Below are positions 27,399 through 40,938 of a DNA stretch of 64,000 nucleotides, in pieces. A program made the position numbers and the translations under genes. The DNA comes from the human T2T-CHM13v2.0 reference genome, Homo sapiens, in assembly GCF_009914755.1 (NCBI RefSeq), contig NC_060932.1; one strand, written 5' to 3'. The notes beneath the pieces are model-generated. The model was given only the letters and a program-made list of their open reading frames with translations. It ran no database searches and was not told the origin of the DNA. Positions within the stretch are counted from its first letter, which is position 1, and each line of letters opens with the position of its first letter.

Positions 27399-27811
27399 TG
27401 ACTATCTATCTTTTAAATGTATTTTTTAGGTACTACCACTCTCAGACTTCTCTTCTTCTTGTAGTCACCGAGCAATCTCCATCCATTCCAGAGTTTTTGT
27501 TGTGCATTAAAAAAAAAAGAAAGAAAGAAATTTCTACATGTTGCCAACTCTCCAATCTTATGCCCTTGGCACTGACTTTATTTGTGAGTTTCAGATCCAC
27601 ACATTCAATTGCATATGAGGCATCTCCAGATTAATACTGCATAGGCACCCCAAATCAATGTTTCAAACTGAAACCACTTCCCCTAAATCTGCTCCCTAGC
27701 CTACTAATGAAAATGATGTTGAGAGGGAAGAAATTACAGTTTATATTGAAGTGGTAGAAAGTTTGTAGGGGGGGAAAGCAAGATGAGGGAGGTTTGGTTT
27801 AAAGAGAAACA

Positions 27812-27941
27812 ACAGTCTAGAGGACACAGCCTAGAGGACAGAGACTTGGGGACACAGGCTAGAGGATGCAGGTACAAGCACACAGGCTTGAACACACAGT
27901 TTAAAGGACACAGACTCGAAGACACAACCTGTAAAACACAG
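27812..27941. repeat. Diverged 14-bp tandem array (9+ units)
   Basis: Units acagtctagaggac, acagcctagaggac, agagacttggggac, acaggctagaggat, gcaggtacaagcac, acaggcttgaacac, acagtttaaaggac, acagactcgaagac and acaacctgtaaaac lie in exact 14-bp register. Confidence 0.85.
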
Positions 27942-28175
27942 AGGCCAGAAGAGTTATAAGTCAAGAAGAACTTGTAGAGGGGACGGAGGTCTAGGCTACA
28001 ACTGAGGATGAGACTCTGGGGAAAAGAGCAGAGCAGTGGCTTCTGTCCTAGAGCAGAGATGATTGATTTAGTGAACTGCAGGAGCAGTGCCCAGGAAGTC
28101 ATCTGGCAGAATGAGGGAGGCATTGGATATTGGTGAAGGGGTAAACACTGTGCACTGTTGAAAGGGGGAATCTTG

Positions 28176-28488
<313 letters not shown>

Positions 28489-28990
28489 TTACATGACTGC
28501 ACAAAATTTACTATGCCAGGGTTCCAGTTAAGTTCAATAATGTGAATAGCCAACACTCAATATGCTAGATCCTTTTTCCTGAAACTTTCTTAGAAAGGCT
28601 GGGCCAGGGGGAAAGGCTACTGAAACTTACCAGCTATTGCAATATTTTCTGTATGGAAGCCTAAAATCACCAAAGAGTATGCAACCCTTTGAGGTCAGAT
28701 ATCATGGCACTTGCATTTTTTGTAACTCCTTCAGCACCTGAGTGTACTAGACACATAGAGAGGCTTCAATAAATAATATTTGAAAAGAGCTGACCAAGTA
28801 ATTGTGTCGATTATATCCCCAGCACCTGCAATCCTCTTTGTTCTTTCCACTGAGCCAATTAAATTTGTCATTAGAATTAGGGAACGGCTGAGGTTGGGGA
28901 CTTGGTAAAGAAAAGGAGAAAAGAGGAGAAAATGTCCTATCAATACTTGTGGATTTTTTTTCTTTTGTAAAACTAATTGAAAGGCATTCA

Positions 28991-29327
<337 letters not shown>

Positions 29328-30370
29328 CTTTTACTGGAAAACACACAAAAAATGGGAAAGCACCTATTCCCATGTTTTATTTACAGTGCTCGATTCTCAG
29401 AGCAGGCAAAGATATCAAGGAAAATCCCGCATCTTCATCTATGGTCAGGTTATCAGCCCATGATCTCTAACAATAAAATTAACCTACTCAAAGAGAAGTT
29501 ACTGCCTTTTGAATGGTTTTTGTCATTACCATTTGAATGGTGAATCAGCCTCATGGAGCACCCATGGCTCTTGCCTTTACATGAACAGCGTGGAATTTCA
29601 TTTTCCTCCTAGCCTCTTCCTAGGTTGGCTTCACTTTGGCACTGGTGTGTCAGCCTACTCTTGTCCTGCCCAAAGCAATCGGCATTACTCTGTCAAGGGT
29701 GAGATCAGTTTCTGATTCTTATCTACAGATTGTGTAAGGAGAGTTGGCATTGGAGAGCCTTAAGTTGCTCCTCTAAATGTATGTTAAATGCACTGCAAGG
29801 TGAAAAGTCCTTGAATTTTTTAAGTGACAGGGCAATGGACTTAAATAACAGAGTGGGTGAGAGGGTGGTAGTGATGATGGTGTAAAATGAGTTGTAAATC
29901 AGTTTTTTCCAACCAAGGGTTCTCCTCTCTCTTATCTCCTTTGTAGCCCATTTCCTTCCTCCAAAGATTTTCCCTGTTTGAGTTGTCTATGCTCCTGTTC
30001 CCCTTGCTGTTCATGGTCAGGGCAGCTTCTAGGGAACCATGATAATGGCACTGATACCATGAAAAGATGTGTAGTGGGCCCAGTGTGTGTTACCCCACAA
30101 CCTTGGGAAGCTCGGAGTCATGACCCTCCAGGGATAGGGAGGCTTTAAATGGAAACTGTTCCTAGGACAGCCACTCTGCAATGTAATTAAAGCCCAAGAC
30201 TAAAGAGGCAGAGGCCTCCTGGTACAATTTCCTGCCCTGATCAGAGGTTAAGAAAAAACTTGTTGGGGGAAGGAAAGATCTTTCTGCATCCTAAAGTCAT
30301 ATCATGTAATTTTTACCTTATTTACATGGGCTTTTGCCCATGAAATCCCTCCAGTTCAGGTCAACAAGGT

Positions 30371-30371
<1 letters not shown>

Positions 30372-30406
<35 letters not shown>
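30372..30406. repeat. Poly(T), 35 nt
   Basis: Pure T run within antisense L2-like sequence. Confidence 0.95.
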
Positions 30407-30408
<2 letters not shown>

Positions 30409-30633
30409 CCTAATATGTTCCAGACACTAGGCAAAGAGCTAGAGATGTAAAGATGAGTAATATCAAAGTCTCGCCCTTTCAGTAAAAGACAATAATAGAT
30501 TTGTAACTGATGAAATTAGAACACCGTTAACGTATAATCAGTTTATTTATGAGATATGTGAACCAGAGGGCTTGGGGACACAGAGTATCTGGGCAGGTAT
30601 TACAGAGGCAGTGACATTTAAGAGATAAATAGG

Positions 30634-30931
30634 GGCTGGGCGCAGTGGCTCATGCCTGTAATCCCAGCACTTTGGGAGGCCGAGGCAGGCAGATCACCTA
30701 AGGTCAGGAGTTCAAGACCAGCCTGGCCAACATGGTGAAACCCCATCTCTACAAAAAATACAAAAATTAGCAAGGCACAGTGTTGCGAGCCTGTAATCCC
30801 AGCTACTCAGGATGCTGAGGCAGGCGAATCACTTGAATCCAGGAGGTGGAAGTTTCAGTGGGCAGAGATCATGCCACTGCATTCCAGCCTGGGTGACAGA
30901 GCGAGATTCTGTCTCAAAAAAAAAAAAAAAA
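30634..30931 (+). mobile_element. Alu (AluSx-like)
   Basis: gatcacctaaggtcaggagttcaagaccagcctggccaacatgg; TSD aagagataaatagg / aagagacaaatagg. Confidence 0.95.
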
Positions 30932-31029
30932 GAGACAAATAGGATTTTCTTAAGCAAACAATGAAGGAAGGCTGTCATTCAATACAAAGGGTAAAGTATC
31001 TGTGCTCGAGGAGTTTGCAGTCTATAGTA

Positions 31030-31057
31030 GCGCGCGCGCGCACACACACACACACGT
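31030..31057. repeat. (CG)5(CA)n alternating purine-pyrimidine tract
   Basis: gcgcgcgcgcgcacacacacacacacgt. Confidence 0.9.
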
Positions 31058-32999
31058 TTATCATTCTAAAAAGTAGAAAACAGCCTTAGCTAGGAGCAGA
31101 GCTTACAGAGGGCTGCATACTGAACCCAGGGGATGTAATCCCTGTCATCTAAAGAAGGAGGACAAAAATTGCGAGTGATGCATTGGTACAATGAAGGCCG
31201 AATATGATCTGTGCACCAGGAGGAATACTCTGAGAGACTGGGGGCAGAGAGATGAGGGAGGCATACCTTATGTGCAGGAGTTCTCTTTGGGCAGGGCATG
31301 AAGGGTGAGGGAGACTTCAGAAGTCAAAGAATAGTGGACATCCATCTCTCCTTCTGTGCTTGCCAGGGACCCTTCGTGCCTTCAGAATTATTCTCTGTCC
31401 CTTGTGCTTATCCCCTGTACTCTGTCCCATGCACAGATCCTTTATGTTCTGTTATTCACTTGTTTGAATGACAGCCACCCTCATTGTTTGCTTAAGAAAG
31501 TTCTGTTCATCTCTTAAATGTCACTGCCTCCATGATACTTGCCTAGACACTCCAAGCCAGGTGGCAGAGGTCTGAACATCTCCTTACCATGAATAAGAGG
31601 CACTGTGTCAAGGGCAAAGGAAAGTCCTATTAGGGCATGTACCTCCAACCCCCCTCAGGACATACAAACTTTCCAAACTTTCAGAGGCTTGCCCAGGGCT
31701 CTCACCTACCTTCCTCCTGCTGGTGTTTCAGGCTACTCATGTTCAGTAAGGATCTCCTTTGAAATGGCCAGAAGAGCTAAGCTCCAGGACCTTGGCGTCA
31801 AACTGGCAAAAATGCTGTCTATGTCAACACCAATGCAGAGTCGCAAGAGAAAGGCTCTCTGTACATAGCTCTATAGGTAAAAGAAAGTAATACTATAGGT
31901 AAAGCAGTAATGTAGGAAAACTCAGGCAGTCCCTTGGAATTTGTGGATTGGGATAGAATCAATACAATTGACCATGAAGTGTTTGTGCATCATGAATTAT
32001 ACACAGGACAGCCTCCTCTCCAGAAGCTTGTGAGCAGGTTCAAAGTAAAGAAACAGATACATGAAAAAGGAAATTTCAATGCAAGTGTAAACCGAGATCT
32101 CCCAAGTATTGAGTGGTAGGATCGCCTCTGAAATGGAAGAAAAGGGCCACTGGGACTAGATGATTTCCCTTGACCGTGTTTTTACATCCATCATTCTGTG
32201 AGTCTGACAATAAATACCTTAAGGTCAGAGCTTTATCTTCCAAACAGGCTTTCTTCTCTTCCTCTGATTGCAGTAACATCAGAAAATCATTCAAAAGAGT
32301 AACAATGATGTGAATTATAGATCAGTTATCTGCAATATAGCAATGTGTTATTATCTGGGACACATGATGTTCTGAATATTGGCTAGTGAATTTATGAAGC
32401 TCCTTTACTCGTAAACAGGTTAGGTCCTTAAGGTTCTTCTTAAATTAAGTTGTTTGCAAGTTCAAAGTTTCTCCAAAGAAGTGATACTTGGCCTTTTTCA
32501 CCACTCTCAATTTTCCCTTTAATTTTTATGTCTGTTTCCATAAGAGTTCTTTCTCTTGTTACTAGGATAGTCTCATTATTTTTATTATATTAGATATGAG
32601 GAAGTTAACAATATTTACAAAATACCTTAAAAAACCAACAAAATTTCTACCCTTCATTGACTGAAGTCAAGTGGAGACTTGGTCTTGGTGAGGCAGAGGG
32701 CACTCTGGGTTTTCCTAAATGTCTGTAGCCTCATATACAAGATTCAAGGAGGATAGTTGTATCTCCGAGTCACTTACAGGCATGAAGAATAGTCCCTGAG
32801 CTCAGGAATTATGACCTTGCCACTCTTGGCCATCTATCCCTCCATTTTGGGGGCTCAAGAGGAGGCCTGAGGTACCTACTTCTCTCTACCTTTCCATACT
32901 TACAGTGTTAACACCAATATTTGTTTTGAGTTTAGCAGGACTAATCTCATTATGCCCTCTGTATATTTCAGTTATCATGGGAGTGCCAGCCTGGCAGGT

Positions 33000-35345
33000 C
33001 ACCCTCCTCTCACACCTTCTAATCCCTCTATGGTTCTGCATCCCCACGATTCTGTCCTCTTTCCCATTCCTATCTCCTGAACCCCTTCTTCTGTGCCTCT
33101 GTAATTCCTGTTACATTATGAACAAAATCCCATACATCTTTAATCTCTTCTCTTCCCTCCAAATCTCTCCCCAGGACAATGCTTACCCTGCAGCCCCTCA
33201 GGGTGAGGATGTTTCTCTCCTAGCCTTTGTACCCCTGGGCCTGCCTGGAGGAGAGCTAAGTGTTCTCCCCGAACCTCACTGCCTCCTAAAGGCCTCTCCC
33301 CACTCTCCCCTGCAAACAGCACCAGCTTTGAATCCCCCATCAGATTATATCACACTATCAATACTCTTCACTGTTGCTGCCATGGATGAAGGGGGTCCCT
33401 CTCTGATTTCTTCGAGATTTTAGCTTCTGATTTGCTTTGGTCTCTCCACTTTTCCTCTCCTTTTAATGTTTGGTGATTTTGGAATTCTCATAGATGATCT
33501 TTCCAACACCCAGGACTCTCCGTATCTTGACCTCTCCTCTGATGATTTGTCCTCTGCTCCTTCCCTTGCTCACTCCCGTGTCCTATTCCAGATCAGTCCT
33601 CAACAATTGCACCTCCCCTATATTTCAGGCTTGTGCATCCCAATCTCAGGCCACCACCTCCTCTCTGTACAGCTTGGTCTCTCCGAGAGCCTGACTCCAA
33701 GAGTTAATGACCCCACTGGAAGCTCCCATTCCCTCTATCCTACCATTTGTTCATTATTCCGCATCCCTTTGGGCCTTCTTTCCCCTCCTTGCCCAGCTTA
33801 CACCCCATGGCTAATTGTTATGATCACTCCTTTGCAAAAATCCTTAGCTCCTTTGGCCAGAATCACAGCCCTGATTAGGCATGTGCAGCTGAGTAGCTGA
33901 ACATGGCTGGAGGAAAGCCCTCTGCCTCACTCACTGGGCTCACCTTGAAGTCACAACTACAATCCTCGGTTAGGTCTTTAATGCTGTCAGAAAACAGAAC
34001 ACAGCATGTTCCCAATTCCTCTCCCACAATCCCAAACAATTAGCTCACGATTTCTCTTGCCTCCTCAAACCCTTGCTATCTGGCCTCACTCTTAGCCAAT
34101 GATTTGCTTCTTCCTTCCTAAGAAACATAAGCAGTTGAGAGAGAACGTCTGCAGATGGCATGGCCCCATCGCCTCCCACCCCCATCTGTGCCCACACCCC
34201 TGCCTTCCCACCTACTGCAGAAGGACTCTCTGTGTCCCCATCTTAAGTTAATCTCTTAGTTTTTCAACTAGATCTTTTCCCCCTTTTGCTTTCCTAAAGT
34301 TATTGTTCTACAACTGTTCACTTCTCCCTTTTGCATCATTCTCCCTCTTATAAAAACAAACAAAAGTCTTATTTTAACTCCACTTCCCTCACCAGCTATT
34401 GCCCTGTGTTTTGCCAAGAGAATTCCTTGAAAGAGCTGTTTGAACTTAACTGTGTTCAATTTTTCCCGTCCCTCTTTCATTCTCTCTAAACAGGCTTTCA
34501 CGTCCCTTATTCATCACCAGGGGCTGCTGGTGAGGCCCCATTATTGACTCTGATCATGGCCAATGGTCCTCCTCCTCTAGTTGACTTATCCACAGCATTC
34601 GGTCAGTTGGTCACTTCCTCCTCCAGGAAACAAGCTCCTGGGTTGGTTTCCAGGGACTTGTGCCCTTGCCTTTCCTCCTACGTGGCTCATGCTCATGCTC
34701 TGTCTTGGTCCTCTCTGCTGGCTTCTCCTGCCTACTTCCTGTTCCTCCTTTCTTTTCTTTCCACACTCCCTCCCTTGGCAATCTCAGTAAGTACCAAAGC
34801 TTTAAACTCCATTTATACGCCAAAGGCACCCGAAATCAAAGTATATCTTAGTCCTTGCTCCGGGACCCCAAACTAAAAAAATCCAACTGCTTTCTTGACA
34901 CCTCTACTTAGAATTTGGTGGAACATGTCTCACACTTGAGCTCTTGACTTCTTTCTCCAAGCCAGCTTTGCTTCAGGCTCCTTCAGTTGGCAGCAATCCT
35001 ATCTTTCCACTTGCTCAGGCCAGAAAACCTAAGTTTTTACTCACACGTTGCCTTCCTATGAGGCCTACTTGACACCATTATTTAGAGCTGCATGCTATTT
35101 CCCTGCTTACCCCATCCTCACTTGTTCTATTTTATTTCCACAGCCCCTACCTCATTTTAACATACTTTATAATTTATTTATCGTGTCAGTTGTTCATCAC
35201 CTGTCTCCCCACTCTCACCCTCACCCCTGCCTAGATAGATTATGACTCCCCCAGGGCAGGAATTTTGTTTGTGTTCCTTATTGATGTATCCCAAATGCCT
35301 GGCATGCAGTGTGTGCTCAATGTATCTTTGTTAAATGAACAAAAT
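33000..35345 (+). mobile_element. Long L2 LINE relic (endonuclease region to 3' tail)
   Basis: Peptides NSCYIMNKIPYIFNLF and FGDFGILIDDLSNT resemble L2 APE-endonuclease motifs (N..SI.NK, LGDFNIH.DD); L2 3' end ccagggcaggaattttg...tgcctggcatgcagtgtgtgctcaatg. Confidence 0.75.
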
Positions 35346-35499
35346 AAGAAAATTAAGTCATAGAGCCTAGAGCCAATGGCAGGAAATGAAATAACTGAAT
35401 ATGGTCACTCAGGTCATCTGTTTGTGGCACACAGTAACATGAAGTCACTAGGTATGATGCTTTGTACATAAGAGCATGAATGTTGATGTTTGTTAATAG

Positions 35500-35809
<310 letters not shown>

Positions 35810-36810
35810 GTTTCTGTGATTCTTTTAAGTGAAGTTGAATAAATTCAACCTTAAGTTCAGTGAAAAGGGCAGAGCTTAGCTTCCTTATCTTGTGTTCATT
35901 GGAAGTAACAAACACTCTGTTGTTCTTGGGCCTTGTAATACTCCCAGGCATTTATGAGATTATTAGTGTATACTGAGTAGTATGCTGAGCATTGTACTAT
36001 GGGTTTGTTGCTCTGTCAGGAGCCTGGGGCAAGCAGCGATGGCTCTGATCTCCCTCCCTGCCCTTTTCTAATGTAGAATGCATGGATACTATGAGAGTGT
36101 TCCAGAAGTGCACTACAGCTTTGGTTGAATCTCTCGGGCTGGTGAAGAGGTGACAGAGTGGAGCCAGTTTGCTCCTTCCTCCACACAGGTTGTTTATGGT
36201 CTGTTCCAGGCTGTGGCTCTCAGCTGGTAACTGAACCTGTTCTGGTGGTCTGAGCACAGGCGCCCTGGAGAACTACAGAGATATGATTTACCTTTGTTTG
36301 ACTGTGGCTCTTTCTCAGCCATCCCTTTCTGTTTGGCGGTGGTGACTGATGGTAGGTTACAGTGACCCTCTGGATACAATCCAGAACACACAAGGAGCAG
36401 TCTTTGGAGGGCAGGGAAAAGGATTTTGGAAAATTAGGCGTCGGATGGAAGAGTGGAGGGGAGTTGTTCATGGAAGCAAACTGCTATTCCTGGCCCTAAA
36501 CACCAGGGACAGGAAGTAGGGTGTTGGGCACATCCAGACCTAGGAGGCCTGTGGGAACAGGGCAGCCAAGGAGAGAAGGAGGCGGCACAGCCAGCCAGAG
36601 CTTACAAACAGCACAGCAGCCAAGATGCATGCAATATGTCCACCAAAGGAATTGGGGAAGTGGGAGAGGACACCCCACTGGTGGTGACTTGGCATAGACA
36701 CTGTCTGCTCTCTGAACCCCATGCCCATGCGCCACCTTTTCTCAAATTGGAGTCTTTGGACTAATTGAAAAAGAATCACTTGGAGAATGTGTTAAAAATA
36801 TACGATCCTG

Positions 36811-36972
36811 TGCTGGGTACAGTGGTTCATGCCTGTAATCTCAGTGACTAGAGAGGCTGAGATGAGAGGATCATTTGAGCCTAGGAGTTCAAGGCTGCAG
36901 AGAGTTATGATCGTGCCACTGCACTCTAGCCTGGGTGACACAGTGAGACATTGTCTCTACTTTTTTTTTTTT
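36811..36972 (+). mobile_element. Alu monomer (FRAM/FAM-like) within a MER5-like remnant
   Basis: Single arm running from gctgggtacagtggttcatgcctgtaatc directly to gcactctagcctgggtgac; flanks agaatcacttggagaatgtgttaaaaat and atctgcattt...cccctggtgactct are MER5-like. Confidence 0.8.
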
Positions 36973-37517
36973 AAGTGTAGAGTCCTGAGCCTTAAATTCT
37001 GACTTGGAATGGAGTATGACCTAGAGATCTGCATTTATACATATTCCCCTGGTGACTCTTTCCCGTGGTAAAGAGTACTGTTGTCTAGGCCATGGACCAT
37101 CTTTCCTTTGAGGAGTGGTCTCTTCTTCTGCTGTCCCCATGCCAGGCTTCCCTTGGTCCGTTCATTCCAGGGGATGGCTATGGAGTCAGTCCTCAGAAGC
37201 TCTGACTATCCTCACATCCACACACTCACAGCCCAACTGGTTGGCTCTAGACCACCTAAACTCATGGAGTAAAAAATGAGATTCTTCATCTGGTTCCCCA
37301 CAGCCAGCTTCCTTCCCTGACATACCCCTTCCTTTTTCTGAATAGCCATGCCCCAAACCTCTGACATATTCTTAACTCCCCTTGTCCTTTAGCCCTGCCT
37401 CCATCTAACTAGCTCCCATGGGGATGGGCTCTTCCTTCACAGTGTCTCTCACTTTTATGGGGTTCCTCCCTCTCCATTTCCTGAAGCTGGGTTTAGGGCA
37501 TCCTTCCCTCCTGTGGG

Positions 37518-37624
37518 TGGGGACTCCAACCATCCTGGTTGCCTAGGACTGAGAGAAGCAGGACTTTCCATGCTAAAACTAGAAAGGCCCTAGGCAAACC
37601 AGAACGAGTTGGTTGTCTATCCTA
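37518..37624. mobile_element. MER81 (hAT-Blackjack)
   Basis: ccaaccatcctggttgcctaggactgag...ggactttccatgctaaaact...ggcaaaccagaacgagttgg. Confidence 0.7.
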
Positions 37625-37850
37625 GACCACTGCAGTGAGTTCCTCCTTGGCCTCCCGGCTTGTAATCTCCTCTCTCCACAAGCCATCCCTTCCCACACTG
37701 TCTCTCACTGAATTTCACCATTCATAATTTTGAAGAAGTCATTGCTCCTGCCTCCAAAACTTTCATGCTTCAAGAACTTAATTTGCTTTCTCCTTAGTTT
37801 AAATTAATTTCTGCAGCATCCAAGGCCCCCCAACAATCTGGCCTTAAACT

Positions 37851-38206
37851 GCCTGAGTCAGCTCAGGCTACCCTAAAAAAATATCACAGACTAGGTGGCT
37901 TAGATAACAAGCATTTACTTCTCACAGTTCAGGAGGATGCAAGGCAAAAATCAAGGTGCCAGCAGATTTGGTTCCCAGTGAGGGCTCTCTTCCTGGCTTG
38001 CAGATGGCTGCCTTCTCATTCTCATATGGCAGTGAGAGCTCTGGTCTCTCTTCCTCATCTTATAAAGGCACTCATCCCACCAAGGGGAACTATCTCATAG
38101 TCTCAGCTAAATCTACTCACCTCCCGAATGTCCCACCTCCAAATACCATCACGTGAGGGCCTCCACTTAGGAATTTTTGGGGATACAAACATTCACTCGA
38201 TACCAC
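37851..38206 (-). mobile_element. MLT1A-like LTR inserted in L2
   Basis: cacagactaggtggcttag...atcaaggtgccagcagatttggt...gagggctctcttcctggcttgcagatggc...ccacctccaaataccatcac. Confidence 0.88.
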
Positions 38207-38799
38207 TGCCTTACTGGGTGCATCTTCCATGATTCCCCTGCACATTGCCTTTTTCAAACTGAGCTAGCTCTTCCCATAGGACCTGGTCACTTCTGGGCCT
38301 TTGTCCCTGTTATTGTTTAGCACAACTACCTTCCTGACCCATTCTTAACCTTTTGAAATAATGCTTTCACTTCTTAGATGCCATTTACCCGGTCACCCAG
38401 CCAGAAGTAAAGTCCCTCCTCTCCACTCCTACAATGCCTCCCTTTTATCGTCTGCATGGCAATTGTCATTGCCTTGGCATGTACTGACTTGCTACCTGCC
38501 TTCTTCCCCTACTTGATACTAAGTCCTTCAAAAATAGGGACCTTCCTTCTTCATTGTCTTTAATCCTTCAAAGCTCATCAAATCTTGTGTACGGAAGATA
38601 ATTGGAAAACACACATTCCGGTGGAAGGAACAAATAAATAAACTTCCATTATATTTTGTTAGACCAAATATTTTCACTCATGAAGAAAGAAGGCATTAGG
38701 GTGACACATGACTGTGGAGGGGCCCTGCTCTCAGGAGCACAAGCTCAGTGTGCTGTGATGATAAGGTAAAGCCATGCCATTTAGATTTCTCCAAAGAAG

Positions 38800-39059
38800 G
38801 AATAATAATTTCTGACATTTGTTGCACACACACTCTGTTCTGGGCACTGTTCTAAGTGCCTTGTAGATGCTAACTCATTTAGCCTCAGATCAACACCGTG
38901 AACCCAGCGCACAGTGGTGAGCTGAGTGGGCCTGAAACCCACCGCCATTGCTTACTGGATGGTGTCCTTGGGCAAGGTGCTTATCCTGTATACTTCAGTT
39001 TTCTAACATGTAAAATGATGATAAAAATAGTACCTAATTCAGTGGGGTATTGCAAGGAC
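38800..39059. mobile_element. Two adjacent MIR pieces in opposite orientation
   Basis: Antisense MIR tail at 38800-38900 (gggcactgttctaagtgc), then sense MIR core at 38905-39059 (ccttgggcaag...cttcagttttctaacatgtaaaatg). Confidence 0.7.
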
Positions 39060-39213
39060 TACCATAATTTATTAAATCCAAGATGCCACCCCTTGAAAGG
39101 CGCATCACTACTTTACATACCACTGATGAACACCACATCATAGATTGTTAGATAAAGCCTGACTTCCCAGATGTTAGAATGGGGAATAACATGCATCTTA
39201 GACATAATGAAAC
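39060..39213. mobile_element. MER96B-like hAT element
   Basis: accataatttattaaatccaagatgcc ... atgcatcttagacataatgaaa, with degenerate inverted termini. Confidence 0.5.
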
Positions 39214-39253
39214 CCTTTGCATGGGTAGTATTATTTTAAATGAATGATCATAG

Positions 39254-39650
39254 CAGTACAGGCAGAATTGTGTCTCTTCCCCTAATTTATATGTTGAAGT
39301 CCTAACCCCCAGTACCTCAGAATGTAATTACATTTGCAGACAGGATCTTTAGGAAGGTAACTAAGGTTAAATGAGGTCATATGGGTAGACCTTAATCCAA
39401 TATGACTGACATCCTTAGAAGAAGATAAAATTTAGACCCAGACCCAGACACAGAGGGAAGGCCATGTGAAGACACTGGGAGATGAAGGTGGCCATCTGCA
39501 AGCCAGGGAGAGAGGCCTCAGAAGAAACCAACCTTGCCTGCACCTTCATCTCAGACTTCTAGCTTCCAGAACTGTGAAGAAATAAATTTCTGTTGCCTAA
39601 GCCATGTTGTCTGTTGTTCTTTGTTATGTCAGCTCTAGAAAACTTATATA
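39254..39650 (+). mobile_element. MLT1B LTR
   Basis: tatgttgaagtcctaacccccagtacctcagaatgt...gagaggcctcagaagaaaccaacc...aataaatttctgttg. Confidence 0.9.
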
Positions 39651-40938
39651 GACCTCTTACTAAAACTTTCAAAAACCACAGAGCAAGGAATTGAGATAAG
39701 GGACCATCATGCCTTAACAAGAGACCTGCCAACCCAACCCCAGCCGTACCTTGTATCCAATTCCAGCACCAAGTTAGACCTTCCCTTCCACTTAGGTCCC
39801 TGGGCCATTTGTGGAGAAGTCCACCATTCACTTGGGACATAACAGCTACATGTGAACTATCACCATTAGCACTCGACCTCTTTTTTTTTTTTTAAACTGA
39901 AATTTATGAGGGCATAAGCAGAAAGTATGAGAAGCTCTTGAGTGTTGACACACTATTAGCAGAACTCTGACGACAGTACCTGGCCATGCTTAGCTCATAC
40001 CATCTTTAGCGAAACTGACAGCAGATACTTGACATTAAAAGGGTTTGTAACAGCAGATTGTCCAGATTAATTAGATCTTCAAATCGGACTGACATCGTCT
40101 CTCTTTCTTTTTTCTAGAGTGGTTTGACATTTGTGCATAGTATGAAGAAAGATCATCAAGGCTGAAATGTGTCTGCTAAGAGGCTTCAGCTCATGTTTGC
40201 TAATCTCCTGTATGGTGAAACACTGGCACCCAGACAAACCCTCATTCACATCAGAACAAAGCGCTAGTTATGTGTGTTGAAATTCCTTAAAGAAAATGTC
40301 TTGCAGGCTGCTGGGGAGTGCGTGAATGCTGGAAATGCTTCACCAAGAGTTACTCAATGTCCTGGGAAGACGGTCTGCTGGCATCTGAGGGCTCACCCTA
40401 GAGAAGAGTGGTTGTACTCCAGGGCACATGGGTCTGGTGAGGACAGAGAAGCATGGGTGGATGGGTGGGTGGAGATGAGGGTGGATGTTTTCTCTGTAAT
40501 CGTCTCCGGCCAGGCTGGAGCCAGAACCAGACTACCCACTTTATTAGTCCATTGAGAATATCTAAAGTCAGGCTTCTCAGCACAGCTGCCATTTCCCCTG
40601 CTTGGGACCAGATTTTCCTGTTTTCTGAGGGCTTCCAAGTAAGTTGGAAGTTCCTTGGGTTTCCACAACTTTGACTTAATGAAGAAACAAGGTCAAGAAT
40701 CAGAGGAAAGGTTTTTGGATGGGCCTCAGCGGTCTGAAATGGTTAGGTGGGAATCTAAAGGTATAGGAGAGAAACTAAATCAGTTGTAGCCCCAGCTGTT
40801 TGGAGATGATGCCAGCAGATGGGATTGAGTAAGCGACCACAGGTTGCAGAGGGTGGCAGATGGGAGGCGGATGTGGAAATGGGGTCCCAGTCAGAAATGA
40901 ACACCACTAGAGGAGCAGGAAGAAGGGCCAAGCAAGAG

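Larger units (their letters stand above)
25780..27713 (+). mobile_element. L2 remnants interrupted by THE1 and Alus
   Basis: Pyrimidine-rich L2-like text, e.g. tttcagatccacacattcaattgc...caaatcaatgtttcaaactgaaacc. Confidence 0.5.

Noticed and set aside
31870-31915. Short local duplication ctataggtaaa...agtaat (similar ones near 23710-23757 and 26679-26722)
   Set aside because: Ordinary two-copy slippage duplications with no further structure.
40900-40920. CTCF-like ccactagaggagcag and other isolated motifs (e.g. p53 half-site gaacatgcct near 57770)
   Set aside because: Imperfect or single half-site matches expected at random in 64 kb.
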